Source: a candidate division FCPU426 bacterium
GTDB taxonomy: Bacteria > Oederibacteriota > Muellerivitia > Muellerivitales > Muellerivitaceae
Assembly (NCBI GenBank): GCA_963796105.1
Contig: CAWCKJ010000004.1
Location: 672,001 to 736,000, forward strand
Direction of reading: 5' to 3'
DNA length: 64,000 nucleotides
Below are positions 19,215 through 29,276 of this stretch, piece after piece (the first letter of the stretch is position 1; each line of letters opens with the position of its first letter). A program made the translations under genes and the position numbers. The notes under the pieces were generated by a model. That model was not told the DNA's origin. It ran no database searches and saw only the letters and a program-made list of their open reading frames with translations.

Positions 19215-21341
19215 ATGGATCAAATGATCCGCCTTGAAATGAACCCTCCCGTGGCCCACCTGCTCCTGGACGATCCAAGCCGGAAGGTCAACACTCTCAA
19301 CCACCAGGTTTTCCTGGAGCTCAATGAGGCCCTGGATTCACTCGCTTCCGATCCCTCCGTCAAGGCGCTCGTCATCCGTTCCGCCAAGCCGGGCGTCTTC
19401 CTGGCGGGGGCCGACCTGCGGGAGTTAAAGAATCTCGCAGGCTCCCCTTCCAAAGTCCGCGAGGGCTACCAAGCGGCCCGAACCGGGCAGGAGCTGATGG
19501 ACAAGATCGGGAAATTCCCCAAGCCCGTCGTGGCGGCCATCAACGGGGCTTGCATGGGCGGGGGGCTGGAACTGGCCCTGGCCTGCACGGCCCGCGTGGC
19601 GGCCAAGGACCCTTCCACCCAACTGGGGCTTCCGGAGCTGAAGCTGGGGATCATCCCCGGCTTCGGGGGCACATACCGGCTTCCAAGACTCATCGGTCTC
19701 GTCCGGGCCGTCGAGGCCATTTTGTCCTCCCGAACCTACGGAGCCAGGCAGGCCCTGAAGCTGGGACTGGTGGACGACATTTGCGAGCCGGAGCAATTGG
19801 CGCGGGTCTCGCAGGAAACAGCGCTGGGACTGGCCGAGGGACGGCTGGGCGAAAAATTCGCCAAGAGGAGAAAAAAAGCCCTCCCCTGGTACCTTCGCGC
19901 CCTCCAGCTTCCCATTCTCCGGCGGATTTTTTTCCAACTGGCCATAAGGCAGGTCCTGAAAAAAACACGGGGCCGGTACCCCGCCCCCCTTCGCCTGATC
20001 CGGCTCTTGTCGGAAAGCTATGGCGGGGACGGGGAAAAACACCTCGAAGCCGAAGCCTTGGCCCTCGCGGACACCCTGGCCACCCCTCAAGCGGAAAACC
20101 TGGTCCGGCTATTCCTGGCCTCCCAGGACGCCAAGCGTCCCGGCTCCTTGGCGCGGGAAATCAAAGCCGTGGGGATCGTGGGTTCAGGCCTGATGGGCTC
20201 GGGGATCGCTGTCAATCTCATCCACAAGGCGGAAGTAGAGGTTTCCCTCAAGGACACCGACTTGAAGATGCTGGGCAAAGCCTTGAAAAAAACATGGGAT
20301 TTTCTGGAAAAGCGCTCGAAAAGGGGCGAGATGGACCACGCCGAGGCCCTGCGGCGTTTCCACCGGCTTTCAACTTCCACCGGCCTGGAGGGCTTCCAGA
20401 ACCTAGATTTCGTCATCGAGGCCGTGCCGGAAATCCTGGACTTGAAGAGGAAAATTTTCGCGGAGGTGGAAGGGGCCGTATCGCCGGGGGCGGTTCTAGC
20501 CAGCAACACCTCCAGCTTGAAGGTATCGGATCTCTCGGCCCTGGCCTCGCGCCCCGAGAGGTTCGTGGGCATGCATTTCTTCTCCCCTGCCGAAGTCATG
20601 CCCCTGGTGGAGGTGGTCCGGGGGCCGAAGACCCTTCCCGAAGCCGTCGAGCGGACCGTCGCCCTGGCCTTGAAAATGGGCAAGATCCCCATCGTGGTGA
20701 AGGACACGCCAGGGTTCCTGGTCAACCGAATCCTTCTTTCCTACGCCCTGGAATCAGCCCTCATGGTCCAGGAGGGGGTGCCGGTTTCCAGAGTGGACGG
20801 CGCCGCTTTGTCTTTCGGTATGCCAATGGGCCCCATCCGGCTCATCGGGGAGGTGGGCATCGAGGTCATGCGAACCGTCATCCGCCGGATCCAGGAGGCC
20901 TACGGGGACCGCTTCCCCTCCCCTTCCTGGCTGAATCGTGAGGATCTGCGGATGGCCTTCCGCAAGGGAAAAGACGGCAAGTGGAAAGCCGATGGAAAAC
21001 TGATCGATGGCTGGACCGGCTCCCCCGACCCCGGCCTGTCGGCCAAGGAAATCCAGGACCGCTTCTTCCAGGCCATGCTGGGTGAAAGCGTCCGCTGTCT
21101 GGAGGAGAATGTCGTGGAGACGCCGGAGCTCCTGGACCTGGCCATGGTTTACGGGATGGGTTTCCCCCCCGAAAAGGGAGGGCCCTTGAGGGAAGCGGAC
21201 GCCAGGGGGCTGGAGATCCTGGTCAACCGAGGCCGGGAATATTCGAAAAAATTCGGGGCGCGTTTCGAGCCGCCGGCCCTGCTCGTTCAAAAGATGGAGA
21301 CGCGCGGAAGTTTCACCCGGGGCGCTTCGGAGCAAGGATAA
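19215..21341 (+). CDS. Enoyl-CoA hydratase / 3-hydroxyacyl-CoA dehydrogenase multifunctional enzyme (FadJ/FadB type)
   Basis: FLAGADL, GGGLELALAC, PELKLGIIPGFGG; GSGLMGSGIA; SNTSS; GMHFFSP; PGFLVNR. Confidence 0.95.
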   Translation: MDQMIRLEMNPPVAHLLLDDPSRKVNTLNHQVFLELNEALDSLASDPSVKALVIRSAKPGVFLAGADLRELKNLAGSPSKVREGYQAARTGQELMDKIGKFPKPVVAAINGACMGGGLELALACTARVAAKDPSTQLGLPELKLGIIPGFGGTYRLPRLIGLVRAVEAILSSRTYGARQALKLGLVDDICEPEQLARVSQETALGLAEGRLGEKFAKRRKKALPWYLRALQLPILRRIFFQLAIRQVLKKTRGRYPAPLRLIRLLSESYGGDGEKHLEAEALALADTLATPQAENLVRLFLASQDAKRPGSLAREIKAVGIVGSGLMGSGIAVNLIHKAEVEVSLKDTDLKMLGKALKKTWDFLEKRSKRGEMDHAEALRRFHRLSTSTGLEGFQNLDFVIEAVPEILDLKRKIFAEVEGAVSPGAVLASNTSSLKVSDLSALASRPERFVGMHFFSPAEVMPLVEVVRGPKTLPEAVERTVALALKMGKIPIVVKDTPGFLVNRILLSYALESALMVQEGVPVSRVDGAALSFGMPMGPIRLIGEVGIEVMRTVIRRIQEAYGDRFPSPSWLNREDLRMAFRKGKDGKWKADGKLIDGWTGSPDPGLSAKEIQDRFFQAMLGESVRCLEENVVETPELLDLAMVYGMGFPPEKGGPLREADARGLEILVNRGREYSKKFGARFEPPALLVQKMETRGSFTRGASEQG

Positions 21342-21351
21342 AGGAGGGCTT

Positions 21352-23223
21352 ATGGACGGCATCGACACGAGCAAGATGACCTCAGGAAAGGCAGCGGCCC
21401 TGGAAACGGCTGAGGCCGCCAGGGAAACCGAGTGGAAAAACCCCAGCTTCATGGCGGAAATTTTCATGGGCCGGTTCCGGGAGGAGTTGTTGTGGCCCTT
21501 CCCGGCCCAGAGCGCCGAGGAAGAGGCGGTGGGCGGCAAGCTCCTGGAAAAAACGCGGGACTTCCTGGTAAAAAACGTGGACCCTGACCGGATCGACCGC
21601 GAGCAGGAAATGCCGGAGGAAGTCCTGAGGGGCCTGGCGGATCTGGGCCTCTTCGGCATGAAAATCCCCAGGGAATACGGCGGACTCGGCCTCTCCCAGG
21701 TCAACTACAACCGTGTGATCTCCCTCACGGCCACCCATTGCGCCTCGACAGCCGTGTGGCTTTCAGCCCACCAATCCATCGGGGTTCCCCAGCCCTTGAT
21801 GCTCTTCGGCACCGAGGAGCAGAAGAAAAAGTGGCTCCCGAAGCTGGCCCAGGGGCTGGTTTCAGGCTTCGCCTTGACCGAGCCGGACGTCGGCTCCGAC
21901 CCGGCGCGCATGGCCTCCACCGCGGTCCCCGCCCCCGACGGCAAGAGCTACCTGCTCAACGGCGTGAAACTCTGGTGCACCAACGGCCTCGCGGCCGATT
22001 TGCTGGTGGTGATGGCCTGTACGCCCCAAAGGGACCCCTCGAAAAGCGGCAGAAAAAGCATCACGGCCTTCGTGGTGGACGCGAAAAGTCCCGGCGTCAA
22101 AATCCTGAGCCGATGCCGGTTCATGGGGCTTCACGGCATCCAGAACGGCCTGATGAAATTCACCGACGTCAGGGTCCCCTCGGAGAACATCCTGCTGGGC
22201 GAGGGCAAGGGCCTCAAGCTGGCCCTCACGACGCTCAACACCGGGCGCCTCACCCTGCCCGCCGCCTGCGCGGCCACGGCCCGATCCTCCCTGGGCATGG
22301 CCCGCCGCTGGGCCGCCAAACGCTCGCAGTGGGGGGACCCTGTCGGCAAGCATGACGCCGTGGCCCAGAAGCTTTCCCAAATGGCGGCCTCATCCTTCGC
22401 CATGGAGGCGGTTTCCCTCTACACGGCCGGCCTCGCCGACTCTCACCAAGCCGACATCCGCCTGGAAGCTGCGGCGGCGAAGCTCTTTTGCAGCGAGGCC
22501 GCCTGGAAAATCGCCGATGACGCGGTACAGGTCCTGGGCGGAAGGGGCTATGAGACGGCCGAATCCCTGAGGGAGAGGGGCGAGACGGGGTACCCCTTGG
22601 AGCGCATGATGAGGGACCAGCGAATCAACCGCATCATCGAGGGCACCAGCGAGATCATGAGGCTCTTCATCGCCCGGGAGGCCCTGGACCGCCACTTGAA
22701 GGCGGCGGGCTCGCTGGTCAACCCCAAGCGCGCGGGATGGAAGCGGCTCGCCTCCGACGCCGTGAGGGCGGGGATTTTCTACGCCATCTGGTACCCGAAA
22801 CGCTGGCTTCCCCACGGCCTTCCAGGGACCCGCTCTTCCTGGGGAAAACTGGGAAGTCACATGGCCTGGATCAGCAACTCGTCCAACCGCCTGGCCCGGC
22901 GGTTGTTCCACCTGATGATCCGGTTCGGACCCGGACTGGAAAAGAGGCAGGCGCTCCTGGGACGCGCGGTAGATATCGGGACTGAATTGTTCGCGGCCTC
23001 CTGCGCCTGCTCCTACGCCCGGCACCTGGGGGAAAAGGGGAGGCAGGACGCCTTGATCCTGGCGGAAAGATTCTGCCAGGGGTCGAGATTCCGCGTCGAG
23101 ACCCTCTTCAGGGAGCTAGCCCGCAACGGCGACAAGGAAAACTACCGTCTCGCGCGCCGGGTGCTGGAGGGGGAGTTCGCCTGGATGGAAGAGGGCATCA
23201 TGCCCATCGAGGATTACAAGTAG
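21352..23223 (+). CDS. Acyl-CoA dehydrogenase (VLCAD/ACAD9-like)
   Basis: FALTEPDVGSD, NGVKLWCTNG, GGRGYE, RIIEGTSEI. Confidence 0.95.
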   Translation: MDGIDTSKMTSGKAAALETAEAARETEWKNPSFMAEIFMGRFREELLWPFPAQSAEEEAVGGKLLEKTRDFLVKNVDPDRIDREQEMPEEVLRGLADLGLFGMKIPREYGGLGLSQVNYNRVISLTATHCASTAVWLSAHQSIGVPQPLMLFGTEEQKKKWLPKLAQGLVSGFALTEPDVGSDPARMASTAVPAPDGKSYLLNGVKLWCTNGLAADLLVVMACTPQRDPSKSGRKSITAFVVDAKSPGVKILSRCRFMGLHGIQNGLMKFTDVRVPSENILLGEGKGLKLALTTLNTGRLTLPAACAATARSSLGMARRWAAKRSQWGDPVGKHDAVAQKLSQMAASSFAMEAVSLYTAGLADSHQADIRLEAAAAKLFCSEAAWKIADDAVQVLGGRGYETAESLRERGETGYPLERMMRDQRINRIIEGTSEIMRLFIAREALDRHLKAAGSLVNPKRAGWKRLASDAVRAGIFYAIWYPKRWLPHGLPGTRSSWGKLGSHMAWISNSSNRLARRLFHLMIRFGPGLEKRQALLGRAVDIGTELFAASCACSYARHLGEKGRQDALILAERFCQGSRFRVETLFRELARNGDKENYRLARRVLEGEFAWMEEGIMPIEDYK

Positions 23224-23270
23224 CCGTTTTTCAGCCGCAGCAGGGGAAGAACCGCCCCGGGGCGCCCCTG

Positions 23271-23747
23271 TTAGGACCGAAAAAGAAACCCAATGGGCAA
23301 GACCGCCGGGACCCTTTTCCGGTACTCCTCATAGGGAGCGCCGAATCTTTGGAGTAGATATTCCTCCTCAGCCCGCCCGCAGCGTTTCACGATGCCCATC
23401 AGTACGACGGCAGCCACCAGCGCCAGCCAAGTGTCCAGCCACAGCAATAATCCGGGCAAAACAAAGACGGCGAAGCCGGCGTAAAGGGGATGGCGGCAAA
23501 ACCGGTAAGTCCCGGTCGTGCAAAGGTTGTCGAGCTTGTAGGCCCTCATGACCGTCACCGCGCTCCAAAGCCAAAAAACCAGGCCGAGCCCGATCCAGAT
23601 CAAGGCGACCGGCTTGATGAACGGCTGGAAACCAAACAGCGAAAAATAAGCGGGGAAATGTTTCCTCAATCCCGCCATCAATCCCGTGACCCCGATGGAA
23701 TACAAGGCGATGAGCGGGCCCGCCCCAAATCTCGACATTCTTTCCAT
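23271..23747 (-). CDS. Isoprenylcysteine carboxyl methyltransferase/PEMT-family membrane protein
   Basis: TGTYRFCRHPLY...EEEYL..RFG..YEEYRKRVP. Confidence 0.85.
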   Translation of the reverse strand: MERMSRFGAGPLIALYSIGVTGLMAGLRKHFPAYFSLFGFQPFIKPVALIWIGLGLVFWLWSAVTVMRAYKLDNLCTTGTYRFCRHPLYAGFAVFVLPGLLLWLDTWLALVAAVVLMGIVKRCGRAEEEYLLQRFGAPYEEYRKRVPAVLPIGFLFRS

Positions 23748-24013
23748 AGTTTTTACCTCCCGACCAATGAAAGGCCTTCACCCGGATTTTACAGTTGTTG
23801 GAAACTCCCCATTTCTCATTGCGGCCTCCCGCTTTCCCGCCTTGGAAAACAGAAGGCCCTGTATTATTCCCTAGGCTCAGGGTATCAGGGGCCCAACCGG
23901 AACGCGCATAAAAAAACCCGCCGTCCCAACCCTTTTACCCCCTTTCCCTCGTCAAATGACTGGCATTTCCTTCATTGGCTAATAGGGCCGTTTCCCTGTA
24001 GGATAACTTCGAA

Positions 24014-24958
24014 ATGAAAAAACATTCCATTTGGCTTTGCGCCGCCTTGCTGGTCGTTCTCGCCCGCGTCCTGGCCTCCTGCGGCATGAGCGGCGGCACT
24101 TCCGCCCCCTTCTCCCCGGCTCCCGTTCCCCCTGCCGGTCCCCCTACATTCACTGGCACCCCGACCCCCTCGCCCACCATCACCAATTCCCCGACCATCA
24201 CCTGCACCCCCACTATTACCAACACTCCCGCCGCGTACCTGAACGGCTCCGTGACTTACACCGGAAACCTGAACGGCGGAAGCGTGAACGCGGAGCATCC
24301 CATCGGCGTGGAGGTTTACGGGAATGACGCCCTGTCTGCCGAGGCTGGCCAGGGAATCGCCGGTTCCGCCGCCGTCACGGTGAACGGAGGCGCCTTCAGC
24401 GTCCCCCTTGAAACAGCCGGAACCTATTTCGTCCTGGTGAACTATGACTGTTTAGGCGCCACCACGCCCCTGGGATGCGTGGATGAGTCTGGGCCCCTTC
24501 CCGGGGAGCCTTACGCCCTGGCGGTCTCCCCGGCCGTAACCACCGGCTCCCTGCCAGCACCGCCCGTCACGGTGAACGCCGGATCCAACAGCCTGGGCGC
24601 CTTGACCCTCAATGACTCGGATATCGCGGGGGGCGTCACGGGCACCATCAACTTTAAGGATTCCAAGAAGGTCGCCGGCAGGAAAGAGATCCATATCCAG
24701 GCCTATGTATCCGGAACCAAGCATGGAACCTTGCTCACTGGGGATAAAGTCGCGAAATCGCCCGGCAAATATTATTTGACCTGTCTGGGAAAAAACGCCG
24801 GAGTGAGCCTTGACCTGGTGGTTTTTTATGACGCGGTGGGGGGCGCCCCCCTGACCGCCGTGCCCTTGCTTAACGACCCTGTGACCCTCATCAACAACGT
24901 TCCCACGACTCTCAACGGCCCCGGAAAGCCGCGCAACTTGTCCATCGACTTCCACTAA
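24014..24958 (+). CDS. Lipoprotein, TPT stalk plus two beta-sandwich repeats
   Basis: LASC lipobox, PTITNSPT; two G.V/I.Y/F...I...Y...G.Y...V.YD units. Confidence 0.75.
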   Translation: MKKHSIWLCAALLVVLARVLASCGMSGGTSAPFSPAPVPPAGPPTFTGTPTPSPTITNSPTITCTPTITNTPAAYLNGSVTYTGNLNGGSVNAEHPIGVEVYGNDALSAEAGQGIAGSAAVTVNGGAFSVPLETAGTYFVLVNYDCLGATTPLGCVDESGPLPGEPYALAVSPAVTTGSLPAPPVTVNAGSNSLGALTLNDSDIAGGVTGTINFKDSKKVAGRKEIHIQAYVSGTKHGTLLTGDKVAKSPGKYYLTCLGKNAGVSLDLVVFYDAVGGAPLTAVPLLNDPVTLINNVPTTLNGPGKPRNLSIDFH

Positions 24959-25050
24959 CCGGCAACACCCGCAAAATAAAAAACCCCGCCCCGAAACCAC
25001 AAGTTGAGGGGCAGGATTTGGTTGTGCCCATTTCAAAAAAAGAAATGGGT

Positions 25051-25081
25051 ACCCCGCCCCGCGAAAACGGAACGGGGTTTT
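25051..25081 (-). terminator. Intrinsic terminator-family hairpin between convergent genes
   Basis: ACCCCGCCCCGCGAAAACGGAACGGGGTTTT. Confidence 0.6.
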
Positions 25082-25102
25082 AAAGAGCTATTCCAGTTCA
25101 GC

Positions 25103-25342
25103 TTAACGGACGATGATCTGTCCGGTTGGGGCCTGTTGGGTCCCAGTTTGAGGCTTGGCCTTCCCCTTGGGCGGCAGGGGCGGGCGTTTCATTTTGCTCT
25201 TGTCCACAGCCTTCATCGGCCCCGAGTAGGGCGGCCGGGTGTGAACCCGTTTGTGCTTTACCGTCGGCGTGGCTTGCTGGGCCAACGCCAGTGACCCGGC
25301 TATCCACAACCCCGCAACCGCCATCGCGATGATTCTTTTCAT
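25103..25342 (-). CDS. Small secreted basic protein
   Basis: Signal peptide MKRIIAMAVAGLWIAGSLALA; AGGAGG RBS. Confidence 0.65.
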   Translation of the reverse strand: MKRIIAMAVAGLWIAGSLALAQQATPTVKHKRVHTRPPYSGPMKAVDKSKMKRPPLPPKGKAKPQTGTQQAPTGQIIVR

Positions 25343-25403
25343 ACATCCTCCTTTATTTTAATTAATGTTTCGCGTCAACCTTGAAAGTCTTTTCACGAAT
25401 AAA

Positions 25404-26381
25404 CTATATCGGCAAATTCAAGCCGACTTGCAGGGGTAAAAAAATATAGGTTACATAGCCGAACTCAACCGCCAACTTGGCCTGGAAAAAAACATCCATG
25501 TTTTTCCCCGCGGAAAAGGTGACTCCCAGTCCCGGATCCACCTCGAGATTGGTGGAGACCGAGTTGTTGGTGGGATAGCTCGTCGCCACCCCGTTCACCA
25601 CCTGGACGAAGGCGCCGCTGGCAAAATCCAGGGACATTCCCAAACCCCAGGTGAAATAGGGTTTCACCGAGGGGTCCCCCACGTCGAAATGGTACTGGCC
25701 TACCAACTCCACGGGAATATGATTCTTGGCCGCGTAAGTCACTTCCCCAAAATCGACCTTCACGCTGTTTCCCGGAAGGTAGTAATAACCCGTTTCCAAG
25801 CCGAAGATGATCTGGGGCGTAATGGGATATCCCGCCATCAATTCCCCGCCGTATCCCACGCACAGGACATTGGAAGCCTCACTGCTGATGGGAATGGGCA
25901 CCAAGCCGCTGATTTGGACCACCCATTTCTCCTTCGGACGGTCGGTCTTGATCCAGGCGACTTCGCCCTCGGGGATGGGCCCATTGGGGGTCGTCGTGAC
26001 GGGAGCCGTGGCTGGAGGATTCTCGGCCGGGGCTTCCGCCGGAGCGGTGGCAACAGGAGATGCCACAAGGGGAATGGTCGAAGCCGGGGGAGCCGCTGCT
26101 GGTAAAACCAAAGCGGGTGAAACCGCCAAGGGAGTCGCCGCAACCGGGGAGGCAGTGATTACCGGAACCCTGGCCGCCGCTGGATTCGTATTCGTGGCAC
26201 CCGCTGCGGAAGTGCTTGCCTGAGGGATGGGGGTAGGGATAACCGCCGGATTGAACGCCGTCGGGACTGCCGTCGGGGCATTTATTGCCGACAAGGTTGC
26301 CCCAGGAAGCACCGCGTCCGCGGCGAACGAAACAGAGGCAATCAAAGCCAAAACAAAAGCCGGGAACAAAACTTTATTCAT
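25404..26381 (-). CDS. Outer-membrane beta-barrel protein with Ala/Pro-rich N-terminal linker
   Basis: Signal peptide; GYGGE..GY, GLETGY, IPVELVGQY, PY...GLG, DPGLG, P.QVGLN. Confidence 0.8.
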   Translation of the reverse strand: MNKVLFPAFVLALIASVSFAADAVLPGATLSAINAPTAVPTAFNPAVIPTPIPQASTSAAGATNTNPAAARVPVITASPVAATPLAVSPALVLPAAAPPASTIPLVASPVATAPAEAPAENPPATAPVTTTPNGPIPEGEVAWIKTDRPKEKWVVQISGLVPIPISSEASNVLCVGYGGELMAGYPITPQIIFGLETGYYYLPGNSVKVDFGEVTYAAKNHIPVELVGQYHFDVGDPSVKPYFTWGLGMSLDFASGAFVQVVNGVATSYPTNNSVSTNLEVDPGLGVTFSAGKNMDVFFQAKLAVEFGYVTYIFLPLQVGLNLPI

Positions 26382-26504
26382 ATCGCCCTCATCTCCATAT
26401 CCGTTCGCTGGTATTTCGGGAAAGCAATCTCATTCCTTATCTTATAAGGGCTTTTCCGGGAGCCTTCAACCAATAAAACCCGTTTGATTCCCTGCCCCAA
26501 CAAC

Positions 26505-26540
26505 AAAAAACCCCATTCCACATAAATGGAACAGGGTTTT
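26505..26540 (-). terminator. Intrinsic terminator
   Basis: AAAAAACCCCATTCCACATAAATGGAACAGGGTTTT. Confidence 0.6.
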
Positions 26541-26561
26541 AAAATCCTAGAACGGGAATGA

Positions 26562-27536
26562 CTAATTCAGGGGCAGGAGATCGGGCACCTCATAGGCTTG
26601 GATGACGTGCTGGCTTCCGGCGCGGCAGACCCAGGTGGCGGGTTTCACGAATCCCTTTTGGCGGAGCTGGAGGGGGGTGAAAGGTCCTTCCCATTTGTCC
26701 TCGCGGTAAACCATGAAGGCGGTCCCCTCGTCGAACAAACCGGAAGAAGGGGTGAGCTTGAAGAAATCCTCTTTCTTCCCTTCCTCAGGCAGGACCAATG
26801 TCCCAACATCCCTTTTTAAAGGCTCGAGCATCGGCTCGGAAGCCGTTGGGGTGGAGCGGCCGCCTTCGGGTTTTGAAAAAACAAGCTCCAATACTTCCGG
26901 CTCCTTGCGGGCGGTTTTCACGGGCTGTTCCTTCGGAGTCACCAGGGATATCAGCTCCTCGTCGTCCTTGAGCCTTCGGATTTCATCCGTCAATTTATCC
27001 ACGCGCGACTGGTCGGGAACGGGTTTGGACATCTCGTTCTCCAGCTCGATACGCTTGACGTGGAGGGGGTATGACTTGCGGAGGATCTTGAAGCATTTTT
27101 GAAGTTCCGGATCCGCCGGCGTCGCCTGGAGGGTTAATAGGTTCAAGGCGATGGAATAGGCCAGCTCCGCGTTGTCCGACCTGAGGTTGGGATTCTGCCC
27201 GATACTGCGGTTGAAAAGCTTGATGGCTTCCTGGTAAACCCCGTAGGCTTTTCGGGCCTCCTTTTCCTCCTGGTAATACTTGCCCACCAGGTAATGGCAT
27301 TGGAGGTCAAAAATATCCGAGGCGGAAAGGGTCTCAAACAAGGCCAGGGCCTCGTCGATGTAATTTTCCTTGATCTTGGGGTTCGTAAAGCGGTTCAAAA
27401 GGCAAAAGTTGATGAACTGGGTCTTGAGGCCGTGGTCGTTGGGGTTCCGTTCCATGGCGGTCTTGAACCGCTTGTACTCGGCGGCGGGATTCACGTCGCT
27501 CCCGAAAAGGGATGTCAGTTTCTCAAAAATTGCCAT
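26562..27536 (-). CDS. TPR-like protein with C-terminal GYF_2 (DUF4339)-like domain
   Basis: Helical TPR-like N-half; EGPFT..QL...G.V.P.TWVCR.G. Confidence 0.7.
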   Translation of the reverse strand: MAIFEKLTSLFGSDVNPAAEYKRFKTAMERNPNDHGLKTQFINFCLLNRFTNPKIKENYIDEALALFETLSASDIFDLQCHYLVGKYYQEEKEARKAYGVYQEAIKLFNRSIGQNPNLRSDNAELAYSIALNLLTLQATPADPELQKCFKILRKSYPLHVKRIELENEMSKPVPDQSRVDKLTDEIRRLKDDEELISLVTPKEQPVKTARKEPEVLELVFSKPEGGRSTPTASEPMLEPLKRDVGTLVLPEEGKKEDFFKLTPSSGLFDEGTAFMVYREDKWEGPFTPLQLRQKGFVKPATWVCRAGSQHVIQAYEVPDLLPLN

Positions 27537-27554
27537 AAAGCCTCTTCCTTAAGA

Positions 27555-28124
27555 TTAAAACCACCGCCAGGGTTTCAGGATTCTCTTGAACCAATGGGGT
27601 TTCTGGGGTTTCCGGAAAGTCAAAGTCTCCTGCAGGGCCGGTTCCACCCACTGTTCCATAGGCATTTCCTGGGCCTGGAACTGATCAACGTCCTTCTTCG
27701 TCCTGCGTTTCCCGTTCCCTTTGTCCGCCCTGGTTTTTCCGAAACCATTGAGGACCGCCTGCTCCACGTCCGGGAAGGATTTCAAGATGGTGTGAAATTC
27801 CAATAGGTGGAAAGTATCCGTCACCGAGGGGGTCATGGAAACCAGGAAAAGATTCCCCCTTTGCGCCCGGATGCGCTTCAATTCCGCGATGAAAATGCCC
27901 CAACCCGCGCTGGAAATGTAGTTGACGTCCTTCAAGTCGACGATGAGGTTGAATTTTTTCTGGCTTAGGACTGTTTGGAATGTCTTGTCGAATTCCGACG
28001 CGGTCACAGTGTCGATGATCCCCTTGGCCGAGATCAAGGTGATGTCTTTGTGATGTTGGTGAGCCGAAGCGGTTACCGTTAAATTGGGCATGAGGCCTCT
28101 AAATAATTTAAGTAGTGCCCGCAT
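27555..28124 (-). CDS. STAS-domain anti-sigma-factor antagonist with C-terminal extension
   Basis: KGIIDTVTA...DLKDVNYISSAGWG. Confidence 0.9.
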   Translation of the reverse strand: MRALLKLFRGLMPNLTVTASAHQHHKDITLISAKGIIDTVTASEFDKTFQTVLSQKKFNLIVDLKDVNYISSAGWGIFIAELKRIRAQRGNLFLVSMTPSVTDTFHLLEFHTILKSFPDVEQAVLNGFGKTRADKGNGKRRTKKDVDQFQAQEMPMEQWVEPALQETLTFRKPQKPHWFKRILKPWRWF

Positions 28125-28251
28125 TATTAGGCTGTAATGGAACCCGTTTCAAGCCCTTGGCGAAAATAGAAAAACGATTTTACATTGATTTTCAATTGTA
28201 AAACGGCAATCCCACGTCTAAAAAATCATACGTTGAATAAACCTGGAAAAC

Positions 28252-28291
28252 AAAAGGACCCCGCCCCACGGAAGCGGGACTAGGTCCTTTT
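28252..28291 (-). terminator. Intrinsic terminator
   Basis: AAAAGGACCCCGCCCCACGGAAGCGGGACTAGGTCCTTTT. Confidence 0.65.
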
Positions 28292-28346
28292 GGCTTGTGA
28301 CGAACTAGCCAATCCATTTTCGGAAGTAAAAGTCCAGGGACGCCTT

Positions 28347-29276
28347 TTAATGAAAGGAGTAATTCAACCCCGCCTGGAAGGGGGCGAGAACCATGATATT
28401 GTCCGTACCTTGCGTAGCGGCGCTAGTCTTCGACAGCATGAAATTCATAGCCACCCGCGCTTGGACGAACAGACTGATGTTATCCAGGGCCGCGAAAGAG
28501 ATTCCAAGGCCAGGATCCACCACCAGGTTGGTCCAGCTTTCATTCAGCATGGGGTAACTCGTTGAAATCCCGTTGCTGGTGACGGAGTAAGGCCCGATGA
28601 CAGAATCAAAGGACAATCCCAACCCCAAGAGGACATAGGGCCTCGCGGTGGCGTCAACCGTGTTGATGTAGTATTGGCCGGTCAATTCCACTGGGATATG
28701 GGTCATAGGAGGGTCTTTCCTGGTCCCGCTCACGAGCGGGGTAAAAATCGTGTAGGAATTCGTGTCCAAACTGAAATAACCGCCTTCCACCCCCAGGGTG
28801 AGTTGGGGCGAGCAAGTGTAACCCACCAGGATTTCTCCACCGTAACCCAAGTCATATTCGGTGGCGGCGTTATCGCTCATAGGAGGGGCGATTCCACCCT
28901 GAAGCTGGACGATCAGATTCCCATGAGAGACGGCAGAGCTTACAGCAGCGCTAGCCGCCGGGATGGAAGCAGTCGGGACGGGAGAAACCGGGGATCCTAT
29001 TCCCACGATGCCAGCTCCTGGGGTGACAGTTCCGGTGACTGCGGGTTGAATGCTCCCGGCCTCAGGAGTAACAATACTTGTCACCGCCTCATGGATGCCC
29101 TCGACTTGCGGGGTGACGGCACTCTTGACTCCCACTTCTGGAGTAACGGTTTCCAGAACAGTCACGTCTGGAATAACGGTTTTTACTACCCCTGAATCAA
29201 TAGAATCCCCTTCCGCCGCGAAACTCAACGAGCTGGTCATCGTTAAGACTAAGACAAGGAGCAATGTTTTTTTCAA
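28347..29276 (-). CDS. Outer-membrane beta-barrel protein, paralog of 25404-26381
   Basis: GYGGEILVGY, HIPVELTGQY, PYVLLGLG, DPGLG, C-terminal YSF; VTPE repeats. Confidence 0.8.
   Translation of the reverse strand: MKKTLLLVLVLTMTSSLSFAAEGDSIDSGVVKTVIPDVTVLETVTPEVGVKSAVTPQVEGIHEAVTSIVTPEAGSIQPAVTGTVTPGAGIVGIGSPVSPVPTASIPAASAAVSSAVSHGNLIVQLQGGIAPPMSDNAATEYDLGYGGEILVGYTCSPQLTLGVEGGYFSLDTNSYTIFTPLVSGTRKDPPMTHIPVELTGQYYINTVDATARPYVLLGLGLSFDSVIGPYSVTSNGISTSYPMLNESWTNLVVDPGLGISFAALDNISLFVQARVAMNFMLSKTSAATQGTDNIMVLAPFQAGLNYSFH

Noticed and set aside
19550..20941. 463-aa alternative-frame ORF and other long overlapping ORFs in the GC-rich operons
   Set aside because: They overlap well-supported genes, are Gly/Pro/Arg-rich and have no motifs; expected at high GC3.
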